Below, piece by piece: positions 14,515 to 38,659 of a stretch of 64,000 nucleotides of DNA. Position 1 is the first letter of the stretch. The number at the start of each line of letters is the position of its first letter. The DNA lies in contig CM119264.1 in assembly GCA_051294375.1 (NCBI GenBank), positions 28,500,696-28,564,695 on the forward strand, written 5' to 3'. Position numbers and translations under genes: made by a program. Below the pieces are notes generated by a model. It did no database searches, had not been told where the DNA came from, and worked only from the letters and a program-made list of their open reading frames with translations. The stretch is from Paraspadella gotoi (taxonomy: Eukaryota; Animalia; Chaetognatha).

Positions 14515-15270
14515 AAAGAATGATGACGATAATGACTACAACGATGACGATAACGATGGATGACGATAATGACGATTACTAAAGACGAAACGACGATGAT
14601 AACGATGACTAAAACGAGGATGACGATAACGACGACGACTAAAACGACGACGACGATAAGACGACGACTAAAAGATGACGACGATAATGACGACGACTAA
14701 ACGATGACGATGATAATGACGACGACTAAAACAACAACGACGATAACGACGCGACTAAACGATGACGACGATAACGACGTCGACTAAAACAACGACGACG
14801 ATAACGACGTCAACTAAAACGACGACGACGATAACTACACGACTAAAAACGACAATAACAATGACGACTAAAAACGACGAGGACAATAACGATGACAGCG
14901 ATAACGACGACGACGATAACGACGACGACTAAAACGACGACGAAAATGACAACGATACGACGAACGATAAGATGACTAAACGAGACGACGATAATGACGT
15001 CGACTAAAACAACGACGACAATAACGCGACGACTAAAACGACGACGCGATAACGACGTCGACTAAAACGACGACAACGATAATGACATCAACTAAAACGA
15101 CGACGACGATAACTACACGACTAAAACGACGACAATAACGACGACTAAAGACACGAGACAATAACGATGACGACGATAAGCGACGACGAAACGACGACGA
15201 CTAAAACGACGACGACTAACGACGACGACGAGAACGACGACGACTAAACTGACATAAAACGACGACGATG
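14390..15270. repeat. Compound (GAC)n/GATAAC/TAAAAC satellite
   Basis: About 880 bp of GAC runs punctuated alternately by GATAAC and TAAAAC. Confidence 0.9.
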
Positions 15271-16033
15271 CTCAAGGACGAGAAAAAAGTCTCCAAGCTT
15301 CTATCGTGATCGTTTCTTTAACGGTTCTCTCTCTCCCCCCTTCTCTCTCTCCTCCTCTTCTCTCTCCCCCTCCCTCTCTCCCCCTCCACCGCGCCCCCCG
15401 CCCCTCCTCCTAATCTCCCCTCTCCTCCTATCTCCTCTCCCTCCTCCTCTCCCTCTCCACTCTTCCATCTCACCTCTCCCCTCTCCCCTCTCCTATCTCT
15501 CCTCTAATTCTCTCCTCCACCTCCCCTCATCCCTATTTCCCCTCTCACGGATCTGTTCGAGTCTGTGAGAAATGTGAAGAAGTCTGACGAGAAAAGACAA
15601 GACGTAGTGAGGAAGTGAATCGAGGCGGTGATTAAAAGGAGGGCATGTTCGGGGAGGCATTGGTGAAAAAAGGGGACCATGGACGAGGCCGTTAAAGGAA
15701 ACATGGTGCAGGCGATATTTGGGGGATGGAGGATCGGAATTGGCGCATTGTGGACTGTTGACATGTTGGCGGAGAATGAGAAAGCATGGTGGCGGCAAGT
15801 AAAGAAAGCATCATAACGTCAGTACATCAGAAGCGATGAACGTCTCCCGTCGCCCGATCCTCGATCCGCCCCGATCAGGCGTTGCCTGTTGCCTGATTCA
15901 TTCTCTCGACAGTTATTTTATTCGGGAAATTAAATCTCATTAAAAAAACAAAAGGAAAAAGGAAAAATAAACAAAAATTTCGAAGTAAAATTCGTTGTAA
16001 CGAGGCGGTCATTCTTCGATCCTCATAGTGAAC

Positions 16034-16034
<1 letters not shown>

Positions 16035-16106
<72 letters not shown>

Positions 16107-16122
16107 TCTCTCTCTCTCTCTC
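16035..16122. repeat. (CT)n microsatellite
   Basis: Direct reading; one of many GA/CT tracts in the window. Confidence 0.95.
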
Positions 16123-16776
16123 GGCTTCAACTCTTCAGAATTTGGCGTTTATGCTGTTGTAACTCGGGCGTTTACGGCTACGCCGAAGGTTGAGGCAGCG
16201 ACAGGGAGGGACCTCGCTCCTCGTCGTTCTTTCAAACTTCATTAGCTTCATCGTCGAAAGGAAGGAAAATATAAATTAGAATTAATTAATACAATATAAA
16301 GAAAAAGACTGGATAATAACCGATATGAGAATTGAAGAAAAGAACATCAATGAAAAAGATGAAGAGAGATGAAATTTCTTTTAATGAAGGGAGAAAAATT
16401 TAATGAGCGCCTTTGAAAAAAAAATAGTACTTTTTTTATTCTTTAAAATATTGGGAAAAAATTTTTTTAGTAAAAAAATCAGGGGAAATTCAGCCAATAA
16501 TTCTTTTTTTAATCTGAATTTGAATAGAAGAACGTAAGGAGAGATTTTAATATAAAGGACATCTAATTCTATAGCTCAGAATATATGTTCAAACAAATCT
16601 GTTCTTTACGTTTCGAACTAGAAAATAAAGAAGCCATTTTACCAAACCAGTCAGTCACCTGTCTGTCTGACTGCCGACGATAAAGAGTTATTATGTGTGA
16701 CTTATAGTTAAAACTTTTCAGTTAAAAAGGAAAATAAACTTTGATTTAAGGACATCTCATGCACAGGGAGGCTGTA

Positions 16777-16946
16777 ATTGATTAAGAATTCATTGTGGGA
16801 TTTACCAGTGCATTATATATTTCTTGTTTGCCAATATTTCGATTCACGTTTGAACTGCCTTGAAAAATCATTCCACATCGTGAATTGAAGTATTGGCAAA
16901 AAATACGTAATGCACTCGTAAATCCCACAATGAATTATGAATCAAT
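16777..16946. repeat. Long inverted repeat (~65-70 bp arms, ~30 nt loop): MITE-like element or hairpin RNA
   Basis: Left arm GATTAAGAATTCATTGTGGGATTTACCAGTGCATTA...TTTGCCAATATTTCGATTCACG is the near reverse complement of CGTGAATTGAAGTATTGGCAAA...TAATGCACTCGTAAATCCCACAATGAATTATGAATC. Confidence 0.85.
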
Positions 16947-17719
16947 CGAAAATAAACTTTATTTTTATTTTCTCCCGATTTTTGTTTTAAATCGTAACGA
17001 GTTGTGACAAGTCTTTTCGTTTATCCAATATAAACTTTTTCAGTTATCAAAAACTGTACCGGAAGTCGCAAAAAATTAAAACTCACGAAGACTGTGTTAT
17101 TTTTGGAGTCAATCTTCTCCATGACAATGAAACTTTTTTTTTCCCGTCGTTCGCGACTTTAACATTTTCGCCTCGAGCTAATTTGAGAAAAACGTCGCCG
17201 AGTCAAATCCCGAGGGACAACATCGCAGGCGCCGCCGCCGCCGCCGCCGCCGCAGCAGCAGCAGCCGCAGCCACCGCCCAAAAACTCCCAACGCTTTTCC
17301 GTTCCACCGACTTCGGTTTAGGACCCTCGTTACTTTTTATCGTGGAAAGGACACCCCCGGTCACAAAGTGGTTCGGGTCGGTAAGAAACTCACTTTCACT
17401 TTCACTTCTTTTTTCCCTCGATTTCTCTTCCGACGAGGGTTTGACCTTTGGCCTCTGACCCGAGATGGAGTAAGTTAGGGTGAGGATGTTTGTATTTCCG
17501 GATTTGTATTTCTGGATTTGTCTCGGGTAAGTTGCGTGAAAATACAGTGATTTTCTGGACTATGGCGGTGAATATCATCACCCTATTTATCACTCTTACT
17601 CTTTTATTCTCACTGTATTAGTTTGTAAAAAGAAGAAGAGAGAAGAGAGAGAGGAGAGAGAGAAGGAGAGAGAGAGGAAGAGAGAGGCGAAAGAGAGGAA
17701 TGTTACTGAAGAAGAAGAA

Positions 17720-28230
<10,511 letters not shown>

Positions 28231-29016
28231 TTAGTTTTTATTGTTTTTTATCACTGTATTTTGCATGGCACTAAAAGCTTCCTCAGTTTCTTTAAACTTC
28301 ATTGTTACTTTCTTCGCATTTTTTTTCCTAATCTTTCTTCTACTTTCCTTCAGAGGGAGGCATGTTTTTCTGTCATTATATCAGTTTCTCATCATCTTTT
28401 TTTCTGCCGAAGAAATGGAATTTCTACATGTAGTAGAATATTCTCTCGCCATCACTGACTAAATGAAAACTCAATGATTACGCAATGACTCGGTGATAAC
28501 GCGTGATAACGCATACAGCCCCACTGGGCACTCATTGCCTGCTAAGCCTTATACTCACTCACTAAATCACTCTCTCTTTCTTTCTTTATTTCTTGATCAC
28601 GCCAAAACTCACTCTCCTTACTTTGATCAAACGTAAACTCACCTCTTTTTAACTTCCATTAAATTTCATTTCCTTTTAATATTTTTCATAACAGTGAAAT
28701 CATAATAATCAAACGTTCGTACCGCATGTATAACTTTGTTTGACGTTTCCTTAAAAAAAAAAATGAATCGCGAAATTTAATCTCGTCGGTTGTTTATTTT
28801 CGTTGTCACAGACTTTAAATATTGTTGAAAGAAAATTTAAAAAAAAAAGAAGTTTTCTTTCTCGACAATTAATCAGTTGCGATCGAAGTTTTCTGGGACA
28901 ATCGAAAAAGGGGAGCGGCTTAAACCCAACGAATTGCAAATGAAACAATGAAACCATTTCTCATCTCCCTCTCTCTCTCTCTCTCTCTTCTCTTCTCCCT
29001 CTCTCTCTCTCTCTCC

Positions 29017-29087
<71 letters not shown>

Positions 29088-29445
29088 CCCCAGACGATGT
29101 CAGCTATCTTTTTGGGGTTTTTTGAAATCCCCCCATTTGAAAGCCATTTTTATGAAGACACTAAATTTCTCGGAGACGACGCTCGCTACTTCTCTATCGC
29201 GCGGTAGCGAGTGACGTCTGAGTCTTGGCTTTTTTTCGTAGCGTCTTTAAAATCCCCCTCAACACTCTTTCCTACCATGCCCACCACCATTTACCACTCC
29301 TTCTCACCACCATCTCCAACCACTGCTCCCTTACCCCCTCCCCTTCTCCCTCGCCCTTCCCCCCACTAACTCATTTTTCAAAGGTTTCATGAAGGAAAAA
29401 CCCAAAAGTGTGGCCTCCCACGAACAGTCAAGTGTAAAATACTGT

Positions 29446-30635
29446 AGTTATGCTTTATTTATACTATATTAATATTATATACCGTATATATACAAAATAT
29501 GTCCTTACTTTTTTTAAATTTCGTCACTATCGAAATATATTGGATAGTAAAAATAACGACGAACCGAAGAAAAAAGAATAAAAAGATTTTAAAAAAAAGT
29601 TTAATTTATTATTCGAAATTCGTTGGACTTTGAGTCGCGTTTTTCTGACGGCATCGACCGCGATTTTCACGTTATCAAAAAAAAAAAAGAATAAATTAAT
29701 AAAAACTTAAAAAAAGAAAAGAATAAAAAAAGAATAAAATAATAAAAAATAAAAAAAAATAAAAGAATAAAAAAAAAGTTTTACGATTCGAATTTGAGGG
29801 AGAAAACAAAATCATGGAGTCGATGTTATTTCTCTTATTGCCCAATCGATAAATCGCTCCTCTACCCCTTATACATCGCCCATCGGACATATTAGACCTT
29901 GCCCAACCCGTCCCCCCAAACTGATCATCTTCCCATTTGCACCTCTTTTGCCACCCTGTCTTGCACCTCCGCCTTGAATCTTGCTCCTCCCATCCACCAG
30001 AAGCGAGAGAGACAAAAAAATTGAATATTGAAAATTTGAAATAAAAAGAACGGTAATTCCAATGTGTTGCGCCGCAGTTACATGTGTATTTTTTTATAAT
30101 CTTTGACATGACATGACATTATATGACATGATTAATAAACTTTTTTGGCCGTTTTTCCGTCTTTTATTCCATAGTTCTAGGAATTCCTGAAGCCGACGGT
30201 AGCAGTCCCTTAGATTTGAGGTTTTTTTTATTTCTTAACAAATGGGAAACATTTCTTAACAAATAGGCAAATCATAAGCATTTTCAACCTAAGTGGAACA
30301 GACCGACGGCCAGACATACCGACAGCAAGACATACCGATGACCAGACATACCGACGGACAGAGAGAAAAGAGAGAGAGAGAGAGAAGGAGAGAAAAAGAG
30401 AGGAGAGAGAGAGATGAGAGAAAGACGGAAAGAGGAAGAAGAGAGACGAGAGAGAAAGAAGAAGAGAGAGAGAGAGGAGTGTGTCAGTTGGATGCGGTTG
30501 GTTTCATCCTTTGACTTTCTCGTGGTATGTTTTTTGTCTTCTTTTCCGCCATTCCGTCTGCACAAAACTCGAACACAAATCTCGAACGGCGAAAAAAAAA
30601 ATCCGAAGAAAATTTTCTCTCTCTCTCTCTCTCTG

Positions 30636-30683
<48 letters not shown>

Positions 30684-33364
30684 CTTCCCTCTCTCTCTCT
30701 CTCTTTTCTCTCGATTCGACGCGCCTGTTCGATCCTCGCGCGGTCCGAATCGCGGGCCGTGCGCAGCGCCGGAGTATAGCGGGCGCGCGTAGAATTGGTA
30801 GCCCACGTGCGCGCGCCGGCCAGAAGTGCTGGCCCCGTGCTCGCGGCGGCCAGGAGCCGTAAAAGTCTGAGCCAGCCGGGCCCCGGGCGCGGAAAAGATC
30901 CTCTCCGTGCACGCGGCGCNNNNNNNNNNNNNNNNNNNNNNNNNNNNNNNNNNNNNNNNNNNNNNNNNNNNNNNNNNNNNNNNNNNNNNNNNNNNNNNNN
31001 NNNNNNNNNNNNNNNNNNNNNNNNNNNNNNNNNNNNNNNNNNNNNNNNNNNNNNNNNNNNNNNNNNNNNNNNNNNNNNNNNNNNNNNNNNNNNNNNNNNN
31101 NNNNNNNNNNNNNNNNNNNNNNNNNNNNNNNNNNCACGCGCGTTGCTGTCAGTCGAACTCGTTGTATTTCGTTTCATGGTTTCGTTTAGCGCCTTTTTTT
31201 AGACAGATGGTCCCTTACGTCTCAAGCTGTTTATGTCGTTGCGATTTTTTAATCGCGTTCCAGTAATTTTAAGTGAGAAAAGTAGATATTGTTTTGTTTT
31301 CTTATGATGCGATTATATCATTAGAAAGAAAAAGTATTAAGAAAATTATTAAGTCATGAGTATTTTTATTTTTTAAGTTTTGAATTCGATATTGAACATA
31401 GTCTTTTTTTTTTTTAAATTTTTCCCCTCACTTTTTTTTAAAGATAAAATCCAAGTGAAAATCCCTGAAGGAGTAACGACCATGTGATGTTGATGGTTGA
31501 TAGCAATCTTGACTTTGATGTTGATGGTTGATAGCAATCTTGACTTTTCACATTTATTTTGTCATAAACTTTTCATTTATTCCGACATTCATCCAATGTT
31601 CGAATAAGAAATGTATGGGGATAGGTATCAGAGTTCAGCTTATTTTTTCCGTTGGCGAGAAGTCAAAGCGTCGCGTCTCGAGACTGAAAAGGTGAGAGAT
31701 GAGAGGAGAGAGAGAGAGAGAGAGGAGAGTAGGGAGAAGAGAGGAGAGAAGAGGGAGTGGCTGAGAGAAGCAGAGTAGAGAGAGAGAGAAGAGAGAGAGA
31801 GATGAGAGATTAGGAGTAAGAGCAGAGAAGGGAGGGAGAGGAGAGGAGGAGGAGAATGGAGAGGAGACGGAGAGAAGAGAGGGAAGACGAAGAGAGGAAG
31901 AGAGAGAGAGAGCACGCCATACGAGAGAAGAAGAGAGAGAGGGAAGAGAGAGAAGAGAGAACGAGAGCGAGAGAGAGAATGATGAGAGTAAGAGAGAGAG
32001 AGAAGCGCAGAAAAAATAGAATAGAATAGGAATTGTGAAGAGAAGATGACGGAATAATGCCAAAATACAATAATGGAGTAAAATAAGAGGAGAAGACGAA
32101 GAAATGGATGAAAAAATCGAGAATCGGAAAATGGCGAAGATCAGAAAAGACTTAAGAGGGAAAAGTCGCGATAGAAAAAGAAGAGTATGAAATTAAAGAA
32201 ATGTATTTAAGTCAAATCTGGTGCTGTGGATTACGGTTGGTGCGCGGCAGCGCAGAGTACGATAAACGACTTTCAATGAGACTGATCAGAGCGGACAGAA
32301 CATTAACAAACGCCATCGTCACCTTCACTGACGGCCTCTTGTTGGAGGCGGATGCTTGCATCTTGATTCCATCACCGATTCCATCTCGATTCCATCGACG
32401 TCCACACAAATTTGTCTCCAACACTCTCTTCACCTTACGACACAATCTCGCCACTACTCGGCGCGGAAGCGATCGTGGCGACAGCGCCTCTGTCGACGTG
32501 AAGTGTAAACCACATTTTACCCTCTCGCTATCGCGCCTAACGCAAAAAGAAACGAGTTAATTTGTTTGACTGTTGTTGGTTGTTATTGTTGCTCCGTTGT
32601 TGTTGATCTTTGGCTGTTGTTGTTTGTCGTTTGTTGTTGTACTTGTTGTTGATGTTTTTTTGCGTTCTCGGCCTTCATTGAAACTTGAACGCGATAAGAT
32701 AAGTTATTATCGGCAAAAGTTGAGGCAATCGCCGGCACGATCCGAGCTGAAGAAGAGAAACGAGAGAGAGCTAGAGAGAGCGTGAGAGAGCGAGAGAGAG
32801 CTAGAGAGAGCGAGAGAGCGAGAGAGAGAGAGAGAGAGAGAGCGAGAGAAATTGTTTTATGATTATCAAATCAAAATATCGACGATCGCAAACTGATTTG
32901 TTTACATAAAAACGAAAATGATTTTTATCTTTCGATCGAAAATCATTTTCGAGGACATTTTTCTTTTTTTTCTTTTTTTTCTTTTTTTTCTTTTTTTTCT
33001 TTTAACTGGCAGACAGTCGCAATCTTTTCTTCTATGAAAATGGACACTAATACAAACTAGACTTTTAGAAAATACATCCCGAAACTGAAGTGAGACGTCC
33101 AAAGAGACATTTTTTTACTAACGTCGCCGGTGGCCACGCCCATTTTGACAAAGTCGTTAACTAGATTCCCTTTGTCATTTCTTTCTTGTTAGTTAAAAAA
33201 AAAAAAAATTGAAATCTAATTAAAATTCAAATTGTTTTAAAGTATCGGGCGATTTTTTTTGTTTACGTGATGCAAACTTTAAATTTACCATAAGAATCGC
33301 GGGGAAAATTTTTATTACGTTGACTAGAATACGCGCAGAAGAGAGAGAGAGAGAGATTGATGAG

Positions 33365-33409
<45 letters not shown>

Positions 33410-36269
33410 AGAGAGGAGAGAAAAAGGAAAAACTCGAAGAAAAAAGGTTTTTAAGGGACCGCAGGTGATAAAAATGATATCATAAGCTTAAGGGTCTATC
33501 ATCAAGAATTTGAATGGTGAATAGTTCATTAATTTTTTCTTTGCACGGGAAAGTGGCAAAAAAATTCCTATCTCTTATTCTAGAGGGAAACAAATTTAAT
33601 TAATTATGAAAAAAAAATTTTAGTTGACACTACTAAATATTTATATAATCCATTATTTTATTTTTGCATTAGAAAGTATTTTTTTACTAAATTCCAATTT
33701 TTTATTTTTTTACCTGTACAAAGCTATTAATTTTAGGTTTAAGCTTCATTGAACAAAGGCTTTACAAGACTAATATTTTTTTATTTTTATATTTACTTAA
33801 AAGCAGACAAATCAAACCAAATTCTATTCTTACAGAAAACAAAACTGTAATAATTATTAATTAATATTCATATTCATCCTTAAATGTATATTATTAAACT
33901 ATATTGATTCCTAATTTAAAATTAAAAATTTTAGCAAAAGTACAGAATCATTCTTCTTCTTTATATATTTTTTATTACTTCAAAGAGTTTATTTTCATGC
34001 CAATTAACAGAATCATTTGAAAAGAAAGTTTAAATAAACAATCGATCGTATCTTTAAATTTTGATTCATTTCCTAGTTTTTTTTCTTATAAATTTTTATG
34101 ATTAAAGCGAAAATCTTTTTAAAATTAGATCTTTAGACCTTTTTTGGAAAAAAAAATTTTAAAAACTTGACAAAGATTTTCTTTTTACCGAGTTTTTTAA
34201 AGAAAATTAAGCTCGCTTAGATTTTATCGAATTTTTTTTAACGTACTTTCCCAATGATTATAGAAGAAACAATTATATTGACAGAACCTAGCTTAAGTTA
34301 AAGGGTCAAACGTTATGTTTTTCAGCTTTTTACCCTCCCTTGTTCACTTGGTCCCTTAAACAAATTTCTTGTTATCTACTGCGAATCCTAAAAAAGACGT
34401 CGTTATGTAAATTAGTGTTTGGCGGCTTAACCTACTCTCGTCGCCAGAGAGAAATAGGAAGAAACATTGCGACGACGAAGGAGACCGACGACGGAGACGA
34501 CAATGAGACGACAATGAAGACGACAGCGAAGATGACAATGAAGCGATAACGAAGACTGTGAACTGCGCTTCGAATGAATACAACATGGTTTCATGTATGT
34601 CCAGATGAACAGCTGAACAGATTTAAACNNNNNNNNNNNNNNNNNNNNNNNNNAGTTATGCTTTATTTATACTTATAATTAATATTATTATACGTATATA
34701 TGACAAAATATGTCCTTTACTTTTTTAAATTTCGTCACTATCGAAATATATTGGATAGTAAAATAAATATAACGACGAACCGAAGAAGAAAAAAAAAAGA
34801 AATAAAAAGATTTTAAAAAAAGTTTAATTTATTATCGAAATTCGTGGACTTTTGAGTTTCGCGTTTTTTTTGACGGCATCGACCGCGATTTTCACGTTCA
34901 TCAAATTAAAAAAAAAAAAGATAATTAATTTTTATAAAAACTTAAAAAAAGAATAAAGAATAAAAAAAAGAATAAAAAATAATAAATTAAAAAAAATAAA
35001 AGAATAAAAAAAAAAGTTTTTTTTTAACGATTCGAATTTTGAGGGAGAAAACAAAAAATCATGGAGTCGATGTTATTTCTCTTATTGCCCAATCGATAAA
35101 ATCGCTCCTCTACCCTTAATTTTACACTCGCCCCATCGGGATCAATATTAGACCTGGCCCAACCGTCCCCCCCAAATGATTCAATCTTCCCCATTTGCAC
35201 CTCTTTTTGCCAACCCTGTCTTTTGCACCTCGCCTGAATCTTGCTCCTGCCCATCCACCCAGAAGCGAGAGAGACAAAAAAAATTGAATATTTTTGAAAA
35301 AATTTGAAATAAAAAAAGACCGGTTTATCCAATGTGTTGCCGCCCGCAGTTACTATGTGTATTTTTTTATAATCTTTGACATATTGACATGACATTATTA
35401 TGACATGATTAATAAACTTTTTGCCCGTTTTTCCGGTCTTTTATTCCATGTATTCTAGGGAATTTCCTGGAAGCCGACGGTAGCAGTTCCCTTAGATTTG
35501 AAGGTTTTTTTATTTTCTTAACAAATGGGGGATAAAACATTTCTTAACAATAAGCATTTTCAATCCTAAGTGGAAAACAGACCGACTGAGCCAGACATAC
35601 GACAAGCAAGAATACCGTATGACCAGACCATACCGACGGACAGACAGACCGAACGACATTTATCCGAAATTGTCCGCGAGTACTCGCCGGGCGACGCAAC
35701 TAAAAACGTAATCCGATCTTGGAAAATTTGAGGAGAGAAGAGAGAGGGAGGGAGAGAGAGAAAAGATGGAGAGACTGGGTGCGAGTTTTGAAGACGAGGG
35801 AGGTATGGAGCGATGCGGATGAGAGCCGGGGCGCGATGGGAGGAGGCTGGGCAAGGGGAGTAATGTGCAGAGGAGAAGAACAGGACGAGAGAGAGAGGAA
35901 AGCTCGGGATCGGAGGCGAGACGCGATGAGAGAGAGGGATAGAGGAGGGAGGAGGAAGAGAGGAGAAGGAGTCGAGGAGAGAGACGAGAAAGGAAAGATT
36001 GAGAGAAGAGAGAGAGAGAGAGAGGAAAAGAGAGGAGGAGAATAGATGATATGAGATGTCTGAGGATGAAACTCAAGAGAGAGAGAGAGAGAGAATGAGA
36101 CAGGGAAGGACCAGAATGAGAGGAAGAGAATGAGAGAGAGAGAGAAGATTTTTCAGTTGGATCGCGTTTTAATCCCTTTGATCTCGTGGTATTTTTTTTC
36201 TTCTCGTTCGTTCGTCTGACAAAAACTCGAAAAACTCGACGCGAAAAAAAAAAAAATCGAAGAAAATTT

Positions 36270-36362
<93 letters not shown>

Positions 36363-38580
36363 TTCTCTCGATTCGCGCGGTTCGATCCCGCGCGGTCCGA
36401 ATGCGGGCCGGTGCGCACGCCGTTAGTATAGCGGGCGCGCGTAGAAAGTCTGCTAGCCTGTGCGCTGCGCCGCAGAAGTGCTGGCCCGTGCTCGCGCGCC
36501 GTAAAATAAAAGTCCTGAAGCCAGCCGGCCGCCCGCGCGGAAAAGATCTTCTGTGCACGCGCGCGTTGCTGTCAGTCGAAACTCGTTGTATTTCGTTTCA
36601 TGGTTTCGTTTAGCCGCCCTTTTTTTTTAGACAGATGGTCCCTTACGTCTCAAGCTGTTTATGTCGTTGCGATTTCTTAATCGCGTTTCAGGTAATTTTA
36701 GTGAGAAAAGTAGATATTGTTTCGATGGTTTTCTTTTATGATGCCGATTATATCATAGTAGAAAGAAAAAGTATTAAAGAAAATTATTAAGCTATGAGTA
36801 TTTTTTATTTTTTAAGTTTTGAATTCGAATATGAACATAGTCTTTTTTTTTTTTTTTAAATTTTTCCCCTCACTTTTTTTTAAAGATTAAAATCCAAGTT
36901 GTGAAAAATCCCTGAAGGAGTAAACGACAATGTGATGTGTGATGGTTGATAGCCAATCTTGACTTTTGATTGTTGATGGTTGATAGCTAATCTTTTGACT
37001 TTTCACATTTTATTTTGTCATTAAACTTTTCATTTATTCCGCATTCATCATGTTTGATATAAGATTATGGAGATCAGTCGCTTTTTTTTGTTGCGAGTCA
37101 AGCGTCGCGTCTCGAGACTGAAAAGGTGAGAGAGAGAGAGAGAGAGAAGAGAGAGAGGGAGAGGGAGAGAGAGAGGAGAGAAGAGGAGAGAGAGAAGAGA
37201 GGGAGAGAGAGAGAGGAGAGAGAGAGAGAGAGGGGAGCGAGAGAGAGAGAGAGAGAGGAGGAGAGACGAGAGAGACCGAGAGAGTGAGACGAGAGCAGAG
37301 ACGAAGACGAGAGAGAGAGAGAGCGAGAGAGAGACGAGAGAGAAGCAGGAAAATAGAATCAGAGACAGAATTCGAAGAAATACGAATAATGCAAAATACA
37401 AAATGGACGAGTAAAAAGAGGAGAAGAGAAAAATGGATGAAAAAATCGAAAATCGAAAATGGCGAGACAGAACAAACTAAGGAAAAATCGGTGAAAAAGA
37501 AAATGAAATTAAAGAAATTGTATTCTAGTCAAAATTCTGGTGACGTGGAACGGTTGTGCCGTCGCCAAGTCATCGACTTCAATGGAGAGCCAGCGCCATT
37601 ACCAACGCCACTCACTTCCACTGACCGCCTCTTGTTGGAGGCGGATCTTGACTCTTGATTCCATCCGATTCCATCTCGATTCCATCGACGTCCACACAAA
37701 TTTGTCTCCAACACTCTCTCACCTTACGACAATCTCGCCACTCTCGGCGCGGAAGCGATCGTGGCGACAGCGCCTCTGTCGGTGAAGTGTAACAATTTAC
37801 CTCCTATCGCCTAACGCAAAAGAACGAGTTAATTTTGTTGACTGTTGTTTGTGTTTGTTGTCGTTGTTGATTTTGCTGTTGTTGTTGTCGTTGTTGTTTC
37901 GTACTTGTTGTTGATGTTTTTGCGTTCTTCGCCCTTCATTGAAACTTGAACGCGATATAGATAAGTTATTATCGGCAAAAGTTGAGGCAAATCGCGCGGA
38001 GGCGAAAGAGAACGAGAGAGAGCTAGAGAGAGCGTGAGAGAGCGAGAGAGAGCTAGAGAGTGCGAGAGGAGAGAGAAGAGAGAGAGAGAGAGAGCGAGGA
38101 GAAATTGTTTATTGATTATCAAATCAAAATATCGACGGATCGCAAACTGATTTGTTTACATAAAACGAAAATGATTTTTTATCTTTCGATCGAAAATTCA
38201 TTTTCGAGGACAATTTTTCTTTTTTTCTTTTTTTTTCTTTTTTTTCTTTTTTCTTTTAACTGGCAGACAGTGCAATCTTTTCTTCTATGAAAATGGACAC
38301 TAATACAAACTAGTAACTTTTAGAAAATACATCCCGAAACTGAAGTGAGACGCCAAAGAGACATTTTTTTACTAACGTCGCCGGTGGCCACGCCCATTTT
38401 GACAAAGTCGTTAACTAGATTTTCCTTTGTCATTTCTTTTGTTAAAAAAAAAAAAAAATTGAAATCTAATTTAAAATTCAAATGTTTTAAAATCGGCCGA
38501 TTTTTTTTGTTTACGATGCAAACTTTAAATTTACCATAAGAATCGCGGGGAAAATTTTATTACGTTGACTAGAATACCAA

Positions 38581-38659
<79 letters not shown>

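Noticed and set aside
17183-17458. Poly-Ala ORF suggestive of a transcription-factor exon
   Set aside because: No DNA-binding domain nearby and no convincing splice boundaries; it may be a GCC/GCA microsatellite.
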